A stretch of DNA of 64,000 nt from assembly GCF_023055435.1 (NCBI RefSeq), contig NW_025963813.1, positions 6,758,001 through 6,822,000 on the forward strand, read 5' to 3'. Numbering within the stretch: position 1 is the stretch's first letter; every line of letters begins with the position of its first letter. Positions 12,708 to 25,683 of the stretch are shown here, piece by piece. The DNA comes from Haliotis rufescens. Its lineage: Eukaryota. A model generated the notes under the pieces. The model searched no databases and was not told the DNA's origin. It was given only the letters and a program-made list of their open reading frames with translations. Both the position numbers and the translations under genes were made by a program.

Positions 12708-12871
12708 GGGCGGTCAGGTAGCCAAGTGGTTAAAGCGTTCGCTCGTTACACCGAAAAACCGGCTTCGAATCCCGACACTGGTACAATGTGTGAAACCCAT
12801 TTCTGGTGTCCCCCCGCCATGATATTGCTGTAATATTGCTAAAAGCTGCGTAAAACCATACTCACTCACTC
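12708..12871 (+). mobile_element. Family-A tRNA-derived SINE
   Basis: A-box TAGCCAAGTGG, B-box-like GGCTTCGAATCCC, shared body, (ACTC)n tail. Confidence 0.88.
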
Positions 12872-14509
12872 TTTATAAAATACTCACTGTGGCGAACCTT
12901 TGATTTTTATTGATAATTGTCTTGATAGTTCGTTATGACAGTGACCCCCATGTTTGACACTTCTGAGACATGGATTATGTTTTAGAACCAATGCACACAA
13001 ACACCAGTTTCCATGCAAACAGAACATAGAAGAAAGAGTGTTTTAGATCATCTCTGATACACATGAAAAATAACTTCAGTCGAACCAGCTGGATGTGTCA
13101 AATTCTGTCTTGAACTCATTTGGGAGGCCCAAGTATTAGAATTAAACATCAAATGTGCAAGCTGATTACTGTTTGGTTTGTCTGATATAAATGGAGACAC
13201 AAACTTTTATTGGATTCATAATGCAACACCAATATTTGTATTTTCAGGTCAAAATGTCTGCCCACACATGGAGTGTCCAAGTACGTCTGCACGGAGGGGC
13301 CCCAGTAGGTGTCTGCGGAGTCGTCACTAAACTCCACACCTCACCGCAGCCAGACATCAATCAATACCGAACCATGGACACGACACAATAACGAAGTGGT
13401 TTTAAACAAATATTTAGCAGGGCATGAAGGTTCTGTTGATCTGAACAGTACGATTTCTCTAAGGAGCAAAGGTGGCCCTCGTTTCCAGCTTCCAGAACAT
13501 CTGCCAGGGTCCACTGATCTCAGGGACCTGGTCTGGATCTGTGTTCATGCTGACACCTCTTGATATAACCGACATACTGTTTAAAGCAGCTTAAACCAAA
13601 CTCACTCATTGTGTTGATGGGTTTCATTATAGTGGCAAACATCTGACGGGCATCTTTTGTCCTTACAGACGGTAGAGTTGCCCCCAGGCCTACCAGAAAC
13701 CTTGGAAAGGCCTGGAAAGTTCTGTCAAGACCACTGATCACTGGTTTGCCTGTTACGGATTTGACAATGTTTACTGCACTGTGTTATAGCTGGAATATTG
13801 CCGACTTTTGCATTAAACATTCACTCAATCACTGTTAAACTTACTCATATGTAAGCTGGCAGTGAAGATCCGGGGTAGAATAGGTCTTCAGCCAACCCAT
13901 GCTTGCCGTTAAAGACGACTTTGCGTGACCACGGTCATGTAGCTGGAATATTGCTGAGTGAAGTTATTGCCCAATTTGATTAAGGTGTATCTACCAGCAA
14001 TATAGTTGACACTGGTGGGGGGACTGTACAAACTGAGTGTTTATTGAAGGTTGTATCGTCCCCTAAGGACACAAAAACACCACCTGTATTTCTGTGTTAT
14101 CGGATTTGCTCATGGCACAACAAAACGGTGAATTGAAATATACTTGGCTGGGAAGTTTAGGACTAATACAGTATTACTGGTAGTGCTTCATCACATCTTG
14201 TACAGTGTTGCTTGTGAAATAAAACATAATACAGAGAAGCTTGCTGGTTTGACACGTCCTGTTTTGCAAGTGAATCCGCTGAAACAGGTTCCATGCTGTG
14301 ATAAGGCTGGTGAAAGACTGCAAAAGCAATTTACAAGCTAGCAATCAATTCACTCACTGGAAAAAGAAATCGATAAAATGGAAGAAAATTTATTTGCAAT
14401 AACAGGACCTTAAAAAAAAACTGAAATCATTTCTCAAAAACAGACTCCCCTTGGTTTGTCAGCATCCACGAAAATAAAGAAAGCAAAAAACTTTCCATTA
14501 CACAAAAAA

Positions 14510-15240
14510 TCAGAACCTTAAAAAAACCCATAAAACATTTCTCAAAAATTTCAATCCAAGGTGGTATTTTACTGCAGCTTCAATATACAATTACTAGGCT
14601 TACTTATAAGCACTTACTAGGAGGAAGAAGTTTCATATTTGTCCTACAAAACATGTATTGGTTATATATGTAACTATGATAATTAATTTCTTCACAATAT
14701 TTTTGGGTTTTTTCTTGTAAATCGAAATGACCACATGATTTTACGTACTTCACATATATTTCCACTGTCGAAATCTGCATATCTAGAAGCCATAAATCAA
14801 ATAATTACTGGCCCATTTGATTGTTGTCTGCTGAAAAAGTCGAGATGTTGTTAAGTATGACACAAATTGCTACTTAAGCCATTTACAGTCTTCAGTTTCT
14901 CCAGATGCTTGGTGACATGTATGTCCAGCTCACATTTTCAAGGCACAACAAACATACCACATCGATCTTCTACATGCGTGTCAGTGTCACTTTCACTGTC
15001 CGAACTGTCAGTGATGCTCACATCAGCAATATCTACATCTACATCTGAATCATCGGGGTTGGTCGTCAGTTGCTCAGTGATGCTGCTTGGCATTTGATCA
15101 CAATCTAACTAAACAATTGATATGTTCTATCTACAAACTTCCAGCCATGTCCTTCTGGTGCATATTGAACAGGAGTTGGTGTGTGATACAAAGATTGTGT
15201 GTTTGTCCTTTTGACCATCAAAGCCAACTTAGAGAGGCAT
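14510..15240 (-). pseudogene. AcademX-like transposon relic (C-terminal coding remnant plus 3' region)
   Basis: Minus-strand remnant TPTPVQYAPEGHGWKFVD followed by an acidic tail; reverse-complement similarity to ~17190-17880. Confidence 0.6.
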
Positions 15241-15915
15241 GACGTCTGACCATGGACAATGGTTACCGTCCTGGTACCGGCTGGATCATGCACATACAGT
15301 GGCTACTATTGGCTACCATAACACGGGTTCTATGAGGAAGTGTCCGGTGTCACAACCGTCACCAGAGAACCGTCCCATGAAGATTCCCATGCTAAGAGGC
15401 TACAAATTGGATCGGGTGGTCAGGCCAACTGACTTAGTTGACACATGTCATTGATGATCATGATATCAATCACTGGATTGTCTGATCCAGACAATATTAT
15501 TTACACATCTCTGCCATATAGCTGGAAAATGGCTGAGTGCAGTGCTGAACAAAAACAAACCCGGAGAACCATCAGAACATAAGACCATGGGCTTACACTT
15601 GATCAACAAGGTAAGAAGACGGTACGGAGCAGTATCTACCCAAGCCATGACTCACCAGTGTCCAACAGACTGAATGTCAGGGGCAAGTCACCATGGGCAA
15701 CAGTGGCTACCATGGGACTATGACAGATCAGACTACAAGTCAGACTACAAGTCAGACATCAAGATGTATGGGCATCCATCATGATATAACCCAACTCGCT
15801 CACCTGTAGATACTTCGGAACAATAAAATGCGAGTGTTGGGTTGTGAGGCAGGCAGGCAGGAATGAAAATCTAATTATTTGTCATGGCTTGTACTCCATT
15901 AAATACAGTCAAACA

Positions 15916-16125
15916 CTACAAGTCAAGAGCAAGTCACCATGGACAACTGTGGCTACTGGGGCACAAGGACAGACCCGACTACAAGTCAAGGGCAAGTCAC
16001 CATGGACAACTGTGGCTACTGGGGCACAAGGACAGACCCGATTACAAGTCCTGGGCAAGTCGCCACAGACAACAGTGGCCACTGGGGGTCAAGGATAGAC
16101 TGGACAACAAGTCAGACATCAAGTT
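15916..16125. repeat. 63-bp tandem repeat, ~3 copies (degenerate copy near 15676)
   Basis: ACTACAAGTCAAGGGCAAGTCACCATGGACAACTGTGGCTACTGGGGCACAAGGACAGACCCG repeated. Confidence 0.9.
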
Positions 16126-16547
16126 TCAACCATTAGACAACTTCACCCAGCTACAGGATGTTGTTGCATTCCGCAAAAATCAAAGATTGCTTGCTGTTAA
16201 CAGACAGATTTAGTGAGCGAGTTGGGATTAACACAGCTTGTCAGTTTGATTTGGGAGGAAAACCCAAAGTGATGCAGGTCTCAGACATTTACCACTTTGG
16301 TGAAACCCACAAGCATAGTTTGGTGCTAAACCGGGATTCGAACCTTGAACAGTGAATTGCAGCACCTCAGGACGACTGGGCCACCATTTAACAGACAGAT
16401 GATGGAGATTAGCTCGCCATGCAATACCTCCTATTCAGGAATCAAACAGCGGCATGCTGGGAAACAACCCCTCGTGATGAGTGAGGTGAGGTGAAATAGG
16501 GTTTAACGTCGCGTCCAAGATTATTGCAATTATATAGCGACTCGTGA

Positions 16548-16710
16548 TGAGTGAGTATGGCTTTAAGCCGCTTTTAGCAATATTCCAGCAATATCAGGGC
16601 AAGGGACACCAGAAATTCGGCTTCACACATTGTACCCATGTAGGAAATCGAACCCAGCTCTTCGCGTGACGAGCAAGCGGTTTAACCACGAGGCTACCCG
16701 ACCGACCCCC
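16548..16710 (-). mobile_element. Family-A tRNA-derived SINE
   Basis: Reverse complement of the family-A consensus; flanked by CTCGTGATGA duplications. Confidence 0.88.
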
Positions 16711-17880
16711 CTCGTGATGAAGTTGGACAAAGTAGTTTTGTTGCTTCATCACTTGAAACACCTGAAAGGTGGACATGTCTGGATGGATACAGGAAACAGC
16801 TGCATCAACACAAGGCGCTACATTGACATCAGTGCAGCTGCTTTGATAATTGGCAAAGATGTGTCATGTACTTCCCTCTGTACACTTTCACAGGGTGCGA
16901 CTACACAGCTGCATTCATCAGAAAGGGAAAGTGTCAACCTTGCAAATGGTCCGGTCATCGGAAGCCTTCTCATCTACGTTTAAGTGTCGGGGGTTGTCCC
17001 AGATACCATCAGAAAACGTTTCTTGAATTGAGAAGTTTGTGTGCAGCTTATATTCCAGACCGGAGATATCAGACATAAATGACATTTGATTTAGTATTTC
17101 TAAACAGAAGTACAACACATTGTGCTCCACCGGACAAGATTCAAGGGTATGACCCATGTGTTACCACCATCCAAGAGAACATTGGTTGAAATGATCAAAC
17201 AAACTCTGTGTAAACACCAACTCCTGTTCAATATGCACCAGAAGGACGTGGCCGGAAGTAAGTAGATGGAACCTACCCATTGTTTAGTTTGATGGTGATC
17301 CAATGCCAATCCGCATCACTGAGCAACTGACGACTATCCCTGATGACACAGATGTAGATAATGACAACGTAAGGATTAGAGACAGGTCTTACCAGTTTCT
17401 GTGTCACGTTCACTGTCTGAAGATCAATGTGATACGTCCGTGGTGCCATGAAGATGTGAGCTGGACATACATGTCACTAAGCATCTGGAGAAACTAAAGA
17501 TAGTGAATAACTTAAATAACAATTAGTGTCAAACTAAACAACAACATGACTTTTACAGCAGACAACAATCAAATGGGCCAGTAACTGCTTGATTTATGGC
17601 TTCCAGATATGCAGATTTCGACAGTGGAAATGTATCTGAAGTACTTACAATTGTGGTCATTATGATTCACAAGAAGAAACTCAAAATATTATGAAGAAGA
17701 AATTAATTATCATAGTTACATATATAACCAAATATTTGTTTTGTAGGCCAAATAAGATATGAAACTTCTTCCTCCTAGTAAGTGCTATAATTATTGTAAA
17801 TTGAAGCTGCAGTAAAATACCACCTTGGATTGAAATTAGTTGGGAAATGTTTTTGTGCTCTATTTTATAGATTCTAACAG
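16711..17880 (+). pseudogene. AcademX-like transposon relic (XPG/PIN-like nuclease domain), frameshifted
   Basis: Fragments VLLLHHL..VWMDTG...RRYIDIS, YTFTGCDYTAAFIRKGK, LPPSKRTL..MIKQT and TPTPVQYAPEGRG follow the XPG-like TGCD/GKGK and LPP..HGW pattern of Academ proteins. Confidence 0.65.
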
Positions 17881-18142
17881 AACACATTTTAACTGACAAC
17901 CCATTTACACAAGATTCTTATCCTAGATGCTTTTATATTTATTTAAAAATTGGTCAAATGATAACTTTTCCAAAAACCACTACAAAGAGTTATCTACTCC
18001 GGTCAACATCTAAAATCTGATCCCGATCACTCATTTTACCATAACCTTCTAATTACTTCAATGGAATGATAAAAAATGATAGTCTTAATTTTCAACACAT
18101 TTCTGTTACAGACAATATAATCTGTGCTTTTTTCCTTTAATA

Positions 18143-18420
18143 TGAGTGAGTGAGTTGGGTTTAACGCCGCTTTTAACAGTATTGCAGTTATATCACGGCG
18201 TTTCAGCTTAATATGTGAGGAAAGCCCGAAGTGATGCAGGTCTTAGACGTTTACCACTTCGGTGAAACCCAAGAGCACGGGTATGGTGCTGACAAACCTA
18301 GAAACATAATCGGGGCGAACCGGGATTTGAACCCACAATCATAGGTTTCTGGCGTGCCCAAGGGACGCAACTCTGCACAGCGAATCGCCCCTCCTTAGAC
18401 GACTGGGCCACCCGTGCCCC
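18143..18420 (-). mobile_element. Family-B SINE
   Basis: Full-length reverse copy flanked by a TCCTTTAATATGA target-site duplication. Confidence 0.88.
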
Positions 18421-18838
18421 CTCCTTTAATATGAAGTAAAGTGAAATGAAAGACAAGTGTCAATACAGATTATTTTAGCCATTTTTTATGCCAAACAAGT
18501 TTTGTTGCAACAGAAATATAAAACACTTACTGTTAGAGTATAACTGTGTTGCTTATTGTATTCTCCATATTTTGACACCATATATTAAAAGAAAAAAATC
18601 ATTAGTTTTTTATGAAAACATCCACTTACATGAAGTATACTGCACAATAAGTGCTGAGCCAGCACCTCTAGTGAGAAAATGGAATTTTGGATTTTTGTAA
18701 GACATTTTTTTGTGTGAAAATTCAGCCCTTTTTCTCTTTGAAACAAGCATTAACTTGTATGGACCTCAATATGAAATAAATCGCTCCCCTCTCTTAGACT
18801 TATACACTCTTCCATATGCACTTTGACTCCCAAGATGC

Positions 18839-19105
18839 ATTTGTTGTTTGTTTAACGCCGCACTCAGCAATATTCCAGCTATATGATGGCTGTTTGTAAA
18901 TAATTGAGTCAGGACCAGACAATCCAGTGATTGACATCATGAGCATCAATCCACATAATTGGGATCAATGACATGCATCAACCAAGTCAGCGAGCCTGAC
19001 CACCCGATCCCGTTAGTCGCCTCTTACGACAAGCATGGGTCGCTATTCTACCCCGGATCTTCACGGGTCGCTGAAGACCTGTTCTACCCTGGATCTTCAC
19101 GGGTC
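18839..19105 (-). mobile_element. Family-C SINE-like element with a partly duplicated head
   Basis: Reverse complement of GACCCGTGAAGATCCGGGGTAGAATAG..ATGCTTGTCGTAAGAGGCGACTAACGGGATCGGG...GCTGGAATATTGCTGAGTGCGGCGTTAAACAAAC. Confidence 0.85.
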
Positions 19106-19167
19106 AGAAGCATTTGTAGTTTTTTAACCAAAATAATTATAAAACATAACCAAATGAGACGGCGGGG

Positions 19168-20725
19168 GCCACCTGCACAGTAGATAGTAACATTATACCA
19201 CATGATGGCCACCTGCACAGTAGATGGTAGCATTATACCACATAATGGCCACCTGCACAGTTGATAGTAACATTATACCACATAATGGCCACCTGCACAG
19301 TAGATAGTAACATTATACCACATAATGGCCACCTGCACAGTTGATAGTAACATTATACCACATAATGGCCACCTGCACAGTAGATGGTAGCATTATACCA
19401 CATGATGGTCACCTGCAAAGTAGATGGTAGCATTATACCACATAATGGCCACCTGCACAGTAGATGGTAGCATTATACCACATGATGGCCACCTGCACAG
19501 TAGATAGTAACATTATACAACATAATGGCCACCTGCACAGTAGATGATAGCATTATACCACATAATGGCCACCTGCACAGTTGATAGTAACATTATACCA
19601 CATGATGGCCACCTGCAGAGTAGATGGTAGCATTATACCACATAATGGCCACCTGCACAGTAGATAGTAACATTATACCACATGATGGCCACCTGCAGAG
19701 TAGATGGTAGCATTATACCACATAATGGCCACCTGCACAGTAGATGGTAACATTTTACCACATGATGGCCACCTGCACAGTAGATAGTAACATTATACCA
19801 CATAATGGCCACCTGCACAGTAGATGATAGCATTATACCACATAATGGCCACCTGCACAGTTGATAGTAACATTATACCACATAATGGCCACCTGCACAG
19901 TAGATAGTAACATTATACCACATGATGGCCACCTGCACAGTAGATAGTAACATTATACCACATGATGGCCACCTGCTCAGTTGATAGTGACATTATACCA
20001 CATAATGGCCACCTGCACAGTAGATGGTAACATTATACCACATAATGGCCACCTGCACAGTTGATAGTAACATTATACCACATAATGGCCACCTGCACAG
20101 TAGATAGTAGCATTATACCACATGATGGCCACCTGCACAGTAGATAGTAACATTATACCACATGATGGCCACCTGCACAGTAGATGGTAGCATTATACCA
20201 CATGATGGCCACCTGCACAGTAGATAGTAACATTATACCACATAATGGCCACCTGCACAGTAGATGGTAACATTATACCACATGATGGCCACCTGCACAG
20301 TAGATAGTAACATTATACCACATGATGGCCACCTGCACAGTAGATAGTAACATTATACCACATGATGGCCACCTGCACAGTAGACGGTAAGATTATACCA
20401 CATGATGGCCACCTGCACAGTAGATGGCAACATTATACCACATGATGGCCACCTGCACAGGAGATAGTAACATTATACCACATGATGGCCACCTGCACTG
20501 GAGATAGTAACATTATACCACATGATGGCCACCTGCACAGTAGACGGTAAGATTATACCACATGATGGCCACCTGCACAGTAGATGGCAACATTATACCA
20601 CATGATGGCCACCTGCACAGTAGACGGTAAGATTATACCACATGATGGCCACCTGCACAGTAGACGGTAAGATTATACCACATGATGGCCACATGCACAG
20701 GAGATAGTAACACTATACCACATGA
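19168..20725. repeat. 40-bp tandem minisatellite (~39 units)
   Basis: Unit GGCCACCTGCACAGTAGATAGTAACATTATACCACATGAT. Confidence 0.97.
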
Positions 20726-22065
20726 TAATAAGTTCCAACTTAATATCTTGAAATTTCAAGATACTATCGAAAAAAATAAAAAACAAATGGCCCTAAAAGG
20801 CTTCCTACATTTGCCCATCAACCAGATAATATTTTAATTTCGGTTATTAATTGATCATGCTAATACTTAAATATTGCTCAGTGCCCCTTATGTTCAAAGA
20901 AATGTTTATTAACCATTAGCCATGGTTGGTAGCCTAAAAAGAAATGACAAATGCATTTGCCTGATTGTGATAGCATATCTCTCACAATTCTTGACGACAT
21001 TCTTTACCACAATATTTATCACAATTAAGCCGATAACATTTCAGCATCACGATGGAAATTATTTACAATGAATTTTATCAAATAAAAAACAAAATGTTGC
21101 ACCAAACTTCAGTGGTTTATGATTGTGTACCTCTCATGATCATGATTATAAGAAGGATTTTCTTAATATTATTTCAAATGACATATTTTGTAATTGTATG
21201 CTGGTATTGGTGTCTGTGAATGGCTCCCATCTTTCTTTGTATTGCAATAGTTTCTTGCAGTTTCCTTTTTTTCCAGTGATTGATGTAGGTATGGAGGTAT
21301 TTTGGTTTGTTGCCAGCTAATATCGAAGTGAGGATGGACGCCGGTCATAAAATTGTTGTTGTTTTTTTACATATATCCACGTAAACACATATGAGCCTGT
21401 ATCAATATTAACTCAAAACGGTCATCTGATGGAGGGACCCCGAAAAACAAGTGGTTGAAACAAGCGTCAGAAATTGTCTCAAGTCCTCGCTAAACTCTCC
21501 AATAATTATGGTATCATAAGGACTAGTAGACATTTGACATTATTAAGGGATTCATTAAATGTTATCATTATAAGGACTAGTGGACTAAAACAGTTAGTTT
21601 CTGTCGTTGTTGGTTTTCATAAACAACATGCTTTCATCTTCTGACATGTTTCGTTTGGACTGTGCGCACCGGAAGTGGACAGTTGTCCGGGGGGACAACT
21701 CTGTCGATTTTTCCTTTGGGGTTTCCTTGCACGGCGCCAAGCTTTATATGCTTTGCTTTGAGAAAGTTTCTTGCGGATGAGCAATAGTTGGAAATATGTT
21801 AACAAACTCTTAAAAGAAACCTTATTTTTATCTCCCACATGTATAATAATGTGTGTACATACGAAATAAATAAATGATAATGAAATATTTTTTAAAACAT
21901 TCCTGATATTTAGTTTTTGTCTTTTCTAAAAAAAATTACACCAAAATGTTTGTGTTGGTCCGACACGATGATCAAACGGAGAAACTCTTTGATATGAGTA
22001 ACAGTTAGATAGTTGTGGGTTTAACAATATCTGCATGTCTTCACTGATCTAGTTCTTTATAAAAT

Positions 22066-22227
22066 AGGGGCGGTCGAGTAGCTTTGTGCTTAAAGTGTTC
22101 GTTCGTCACGCCGAAGACCCGGGTTCGATTCCCGACAAGGGTACATGTGAAGCCCATTTCTGGTGTCACCCGCCGTGATATTGCTGGAATATTGCTAAAT
22201 GCGGCGTGAAACCATACTCACTCACTC
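22066..22227 (+). mobile_element. Family-A tRNA-derived SINE
   Basis: B-box GGTTCGATTCCC; TSD TCTTTATAAAATA. Confidence 0.88.
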
Positions 22228-22557
22228 TTTATAAAATAATATTACATCAATGTAACTATTACTTTGAAATGATTAATTAAGAAAAAAATTAATAACTTTA
22301 CCACTGCAGATATACAAGAACATTTTTTTATGCCATTCTGCCCAGTGTTACTGCCATAATTATTCATTCAATGTTCTTGACAATGCAACATATGTTGCTG
22401 ACATATGATGTGCCAACAAAAAGTGGTTTTTTTTATGTCATTCCATTCATTTAAAAATTTAAACATTTATCATGTATACCACTATGGCTGCGTCAACTTT
22501 ACACTTCTTGTTCCTTGAAAACAATAACAACTGTTTCAGGGAGTCATTGTTGTGATA

Positions 22558-22785
22558 CTCGTGAAGATCTGGGTTAAATAGGTCTCGAGCAACACATGCT
22601 TTCCGGACTAACGGGATCGGGTGGTCAGGTTCTCTGACTTGGTTGATTCATGTCATCGTATCCCAATTGCGTGGATCGATGCTCATGATGCTAATCACTG
22701 GATTGTCTGGTTTAGACTCGATTATTTACGGACATCCGTCATATAGCTGGAATACTGTCGAGAGCGGCGTTATCAAACAAACAAA
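22558..22785 (+). mobile_element. Family-C SINE-like element
   Basis: Matches the family-C body and (AAAC)n tail. Confidence 0.82.
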
Positions 22786-23000
22786 AAACATTGTTATGAA
22801 AACATGTTACTAGTTTTGTTTTCATATGTCTGTTTTCTATTTTTATATTACACACGTATTTAAACTCAAACGTATCATGTTCTCATTCCCGATTCTGAAT
22901 TTACCACATGCAAATTACGATTTATTTCACCTTCTGGGTTACACACGCGCTTTATGATTGCATATAGGTACTTGCATCAATAGGTAGGTGTGCTACATTT

Positions 23001-23270
23001 CAAGATCCGGGATGGAATAGGTCTTAGCAACCCACGCTTGCGACTATGCTTGTCAATGCTTGTCGCGACTATGCTTGTCGTAAGAAGCGACTAACGGGAT
23101 TGGGTGGTTAGGTTCGCTGACTTGGTTGATGTATGTCATCGTATCCCAATTGCGTAGATCGATGCTCATGATGTCAATCACTGGATTGTCTTGTCCAGAC
23201 TCATTTATTTACAGACCGCCGTCATATAGCTGGAATATTGCTGAGTGCGGCGTTTAACAACAAACAAACA
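23001..23270 (+). mobile_element. Family-C SINE-like element with stuttered ATGCTTG head motif
   Basis: Matches the family-C consensus. Confidence 0.85.
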
Positions 23271-23716
23271 CTTAATTGAAATCAGAAAGGGCATAATGTG
23301 TTTAAAAACAGGTCTGAAATGCTCCAATTAAATTCCATCACCGATTTATAGAAATTGACCTCTCGAAAAGCCGCATTAACCCAAGGTCACCTTGACTGAT
23401 GGGTGCGGTGCCAAACAACTAACACAATGCATTGTTCAAATGTCACCATCTCACGACCTGAGATGTCTGAACACAAACAGGCATATAGAATCAGATACTT
23501 CTGTAGTTTATACCTTTGTGAGTTTCATTCTTCTGAGCCATAGGCTACATAAATTGTTTCTGAAGGCTGGTATTTATAAAGTTAAAGCATTGGTCTCAAT
23601 AAATATATCATAATAAAGAAATCCCTTTAATAAAGAGGCTTGCTTACCAATTTTTGCAGAGTCAGAATTCGTTTGTTTTAATCCGATTAAAAATTAATAT
23701 GAAGGGTGTCATGAAG

Positions 23717-25080
23717 TCAGTTCCCGCTAGATGTGCCTGAAATTGTCCGCAATAAGTTCGAGTCTTTATTATATCTGTTTTCAACATATTCGATATGTTT
23801 GCTCCAAGTCAGGTGTTGATCTAGGATCAGGCCTAGAAATTTGATTGGTTTGCCTTTTATGGAGAGAAAGGGTATTATAGCATCTTTCTCCCTGCGTTTG
23901 AATGGAACTCCCACAGTTTTTTTTCACTTGAAAGAGTGAACACCCATTCATTGCATCATTGATCTACTCCATCCATGGCTGACTGGAGTGACAGAACGTT
24001 TAATGCTGCCTGTGGCGTGCTGTTGTCTGGTGACATTGGAATGATTGTTCCCTATTTCAACTGATAGCAACAGGTCTTGCAAGAAGCTGTCTATGAAGTT
24101 TGCCATGTTCCATTCTTCTCCAGTTTGTGCTTGTTTGGTAAGGGGTCCACTATGCTATACCACGTCGAAGGCTTTGCTGAAGTCCAGAAATACTGCGGCT
24201 AGGTATAGTCTGTTTAATCGACATTTATTTACTTCATTTTCCAGTCTTAGTGTATGATCTAAACACGAGTGTCTCTCCCCGAAGCCGCTTTGATCAGGTT
24301 TGATGTGGTTGCAAGTTTCAAGGTGATGCGTGATTTTTCTTTTGTAGCCATGGCTTTCATAGTTCTGCACATGTTTGAAGTTAACCTTTTCTTTGACTGT
24401 TGGGGCGGTCGGGTAGCCTAGTGGTTCAAGCGTTCGCTCGTCACGCCGTAGATTCGGGTTCGATTCCCGACATGGGTACAATGTGTGAAGCCCATTTCTG
24501 GTGTCCCCCGCCGTGGTATTGCTCGAATACTGCTAAGAGCGGCGTAAAACCATACTCACTAACTCACTCTCACTCACACTCACTCTCTGTACGGGAATGG
24601 GGGTAACTTCGGAATTTTTGTAGGTTTACGCTCAGCCCTGATTGCATGTATTTTGCTCCAGACTGTTTTTAATCAGCATTTGTGGTTTCATTTAGAGATT
24701 TGCAGGTTTGCCATGACTCCATTTTAGAATCGTCTATGAGGTGTCTTACTTTTGTCCTGGATGCTGAGACTTGGGCGAAGACTGATTCATCCCATTTAGA
24801 CATATGGGCTTTCTTTCTCACTCTTTTGCTTTCGTTATTTCCCTGTTTCACCATGGTACCGAAGTTTTGCCGGTTGTGCCGGCTTTTGGGGGGAATTGAT
24901 TCAGCTGCGACAATAATTATTGAGGTGAGAATGTGGCAAAAAAGATCAGGATTATCCGATGCAATTCCTGGTGATTTGAATGATGTACATTCCTCCCTAA
25001 ATTTGAGCCAATCAGCCTTTGCATAGTCCCATGTAGGCAAAGGATTGGTCTGTTCCTCTAATGTTGGTGGGCTGCCCATA
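23717..25080 (-). pseudogene. Degraded non-LTR retrotransposon ORF2 (reverse transcriptase; I-group/Nimb-like), interrupted by a SINE
   Basis: Fragments WDYAKADWLKF, QSGF...SCLDH..RLEN..YLAAVFLDFSKAFDVV and IKFLGLILDQHLTWSKHI...NLLRTISGTS occur in the correct order with frameshifts. Confidence 0.85.
24402..24586 (+). mobile_element. Family-A tRNA-derived SINE nested in the LINE relic
   Basis: GGGGCGGTCGGGTAGCCTAGTGG...GGTTCGATTCCC...(ACTC)n. Confidence 0.9.
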
Positions 25081-25683
25081 GCACTACGAAAACAGGGTTA
25101 GTCCAGAGTAGAAAAAGCGAACGCAGGCATGTACATGCACGTTGCTATATAAATGCTAAAATCGTGAACCTGACTAAACCCCATGGCACTAACCCTACTT
25201 CTTTAAGCTGAAAACCAGATCTGACAGAAACACAAGGCCATAGCCAGGGTGCTACACAAATTACAGAGAAGAATTGCTTTTTCCATATTTTATTAACACA
25301 TAGAATAATGTTGATATCACCAAGATATCGGATATGATTTATCATATATCACAAGTAGAATATATAAAAAGTTCCGATGTAAACATGATCAACAGTTAAC
25401 AAGTCAATGTGGAATTTATGAAGTAAACGAGTGTGAGTGGAGGACCTTCACGGTTGCAGATTCTGACGGAATCACTGTCGTACACAATACCATCTTTGGT
25501 GATCCAGGGTATTATATCTCCCTTCTATCATGATAAATACCCTGAACCCATTCGATAGGTCATATTACCATCTCTATGAGAATTTCTATCATGATTGTAA
25601 TCTATATTTAAGCATTACCTATTTCGACTCAACTGGAGGCAATGGTAGTGAATGGGTCCAAGAAGATATTATACACTGGATGA

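Noticed and set aside
24402-24475. tRNA genes at SINE heads
   Set aside because: They continue into a shared SINE body and tail, often with TSDs, and lack a proper acceptor stem and oligo-T terminator.
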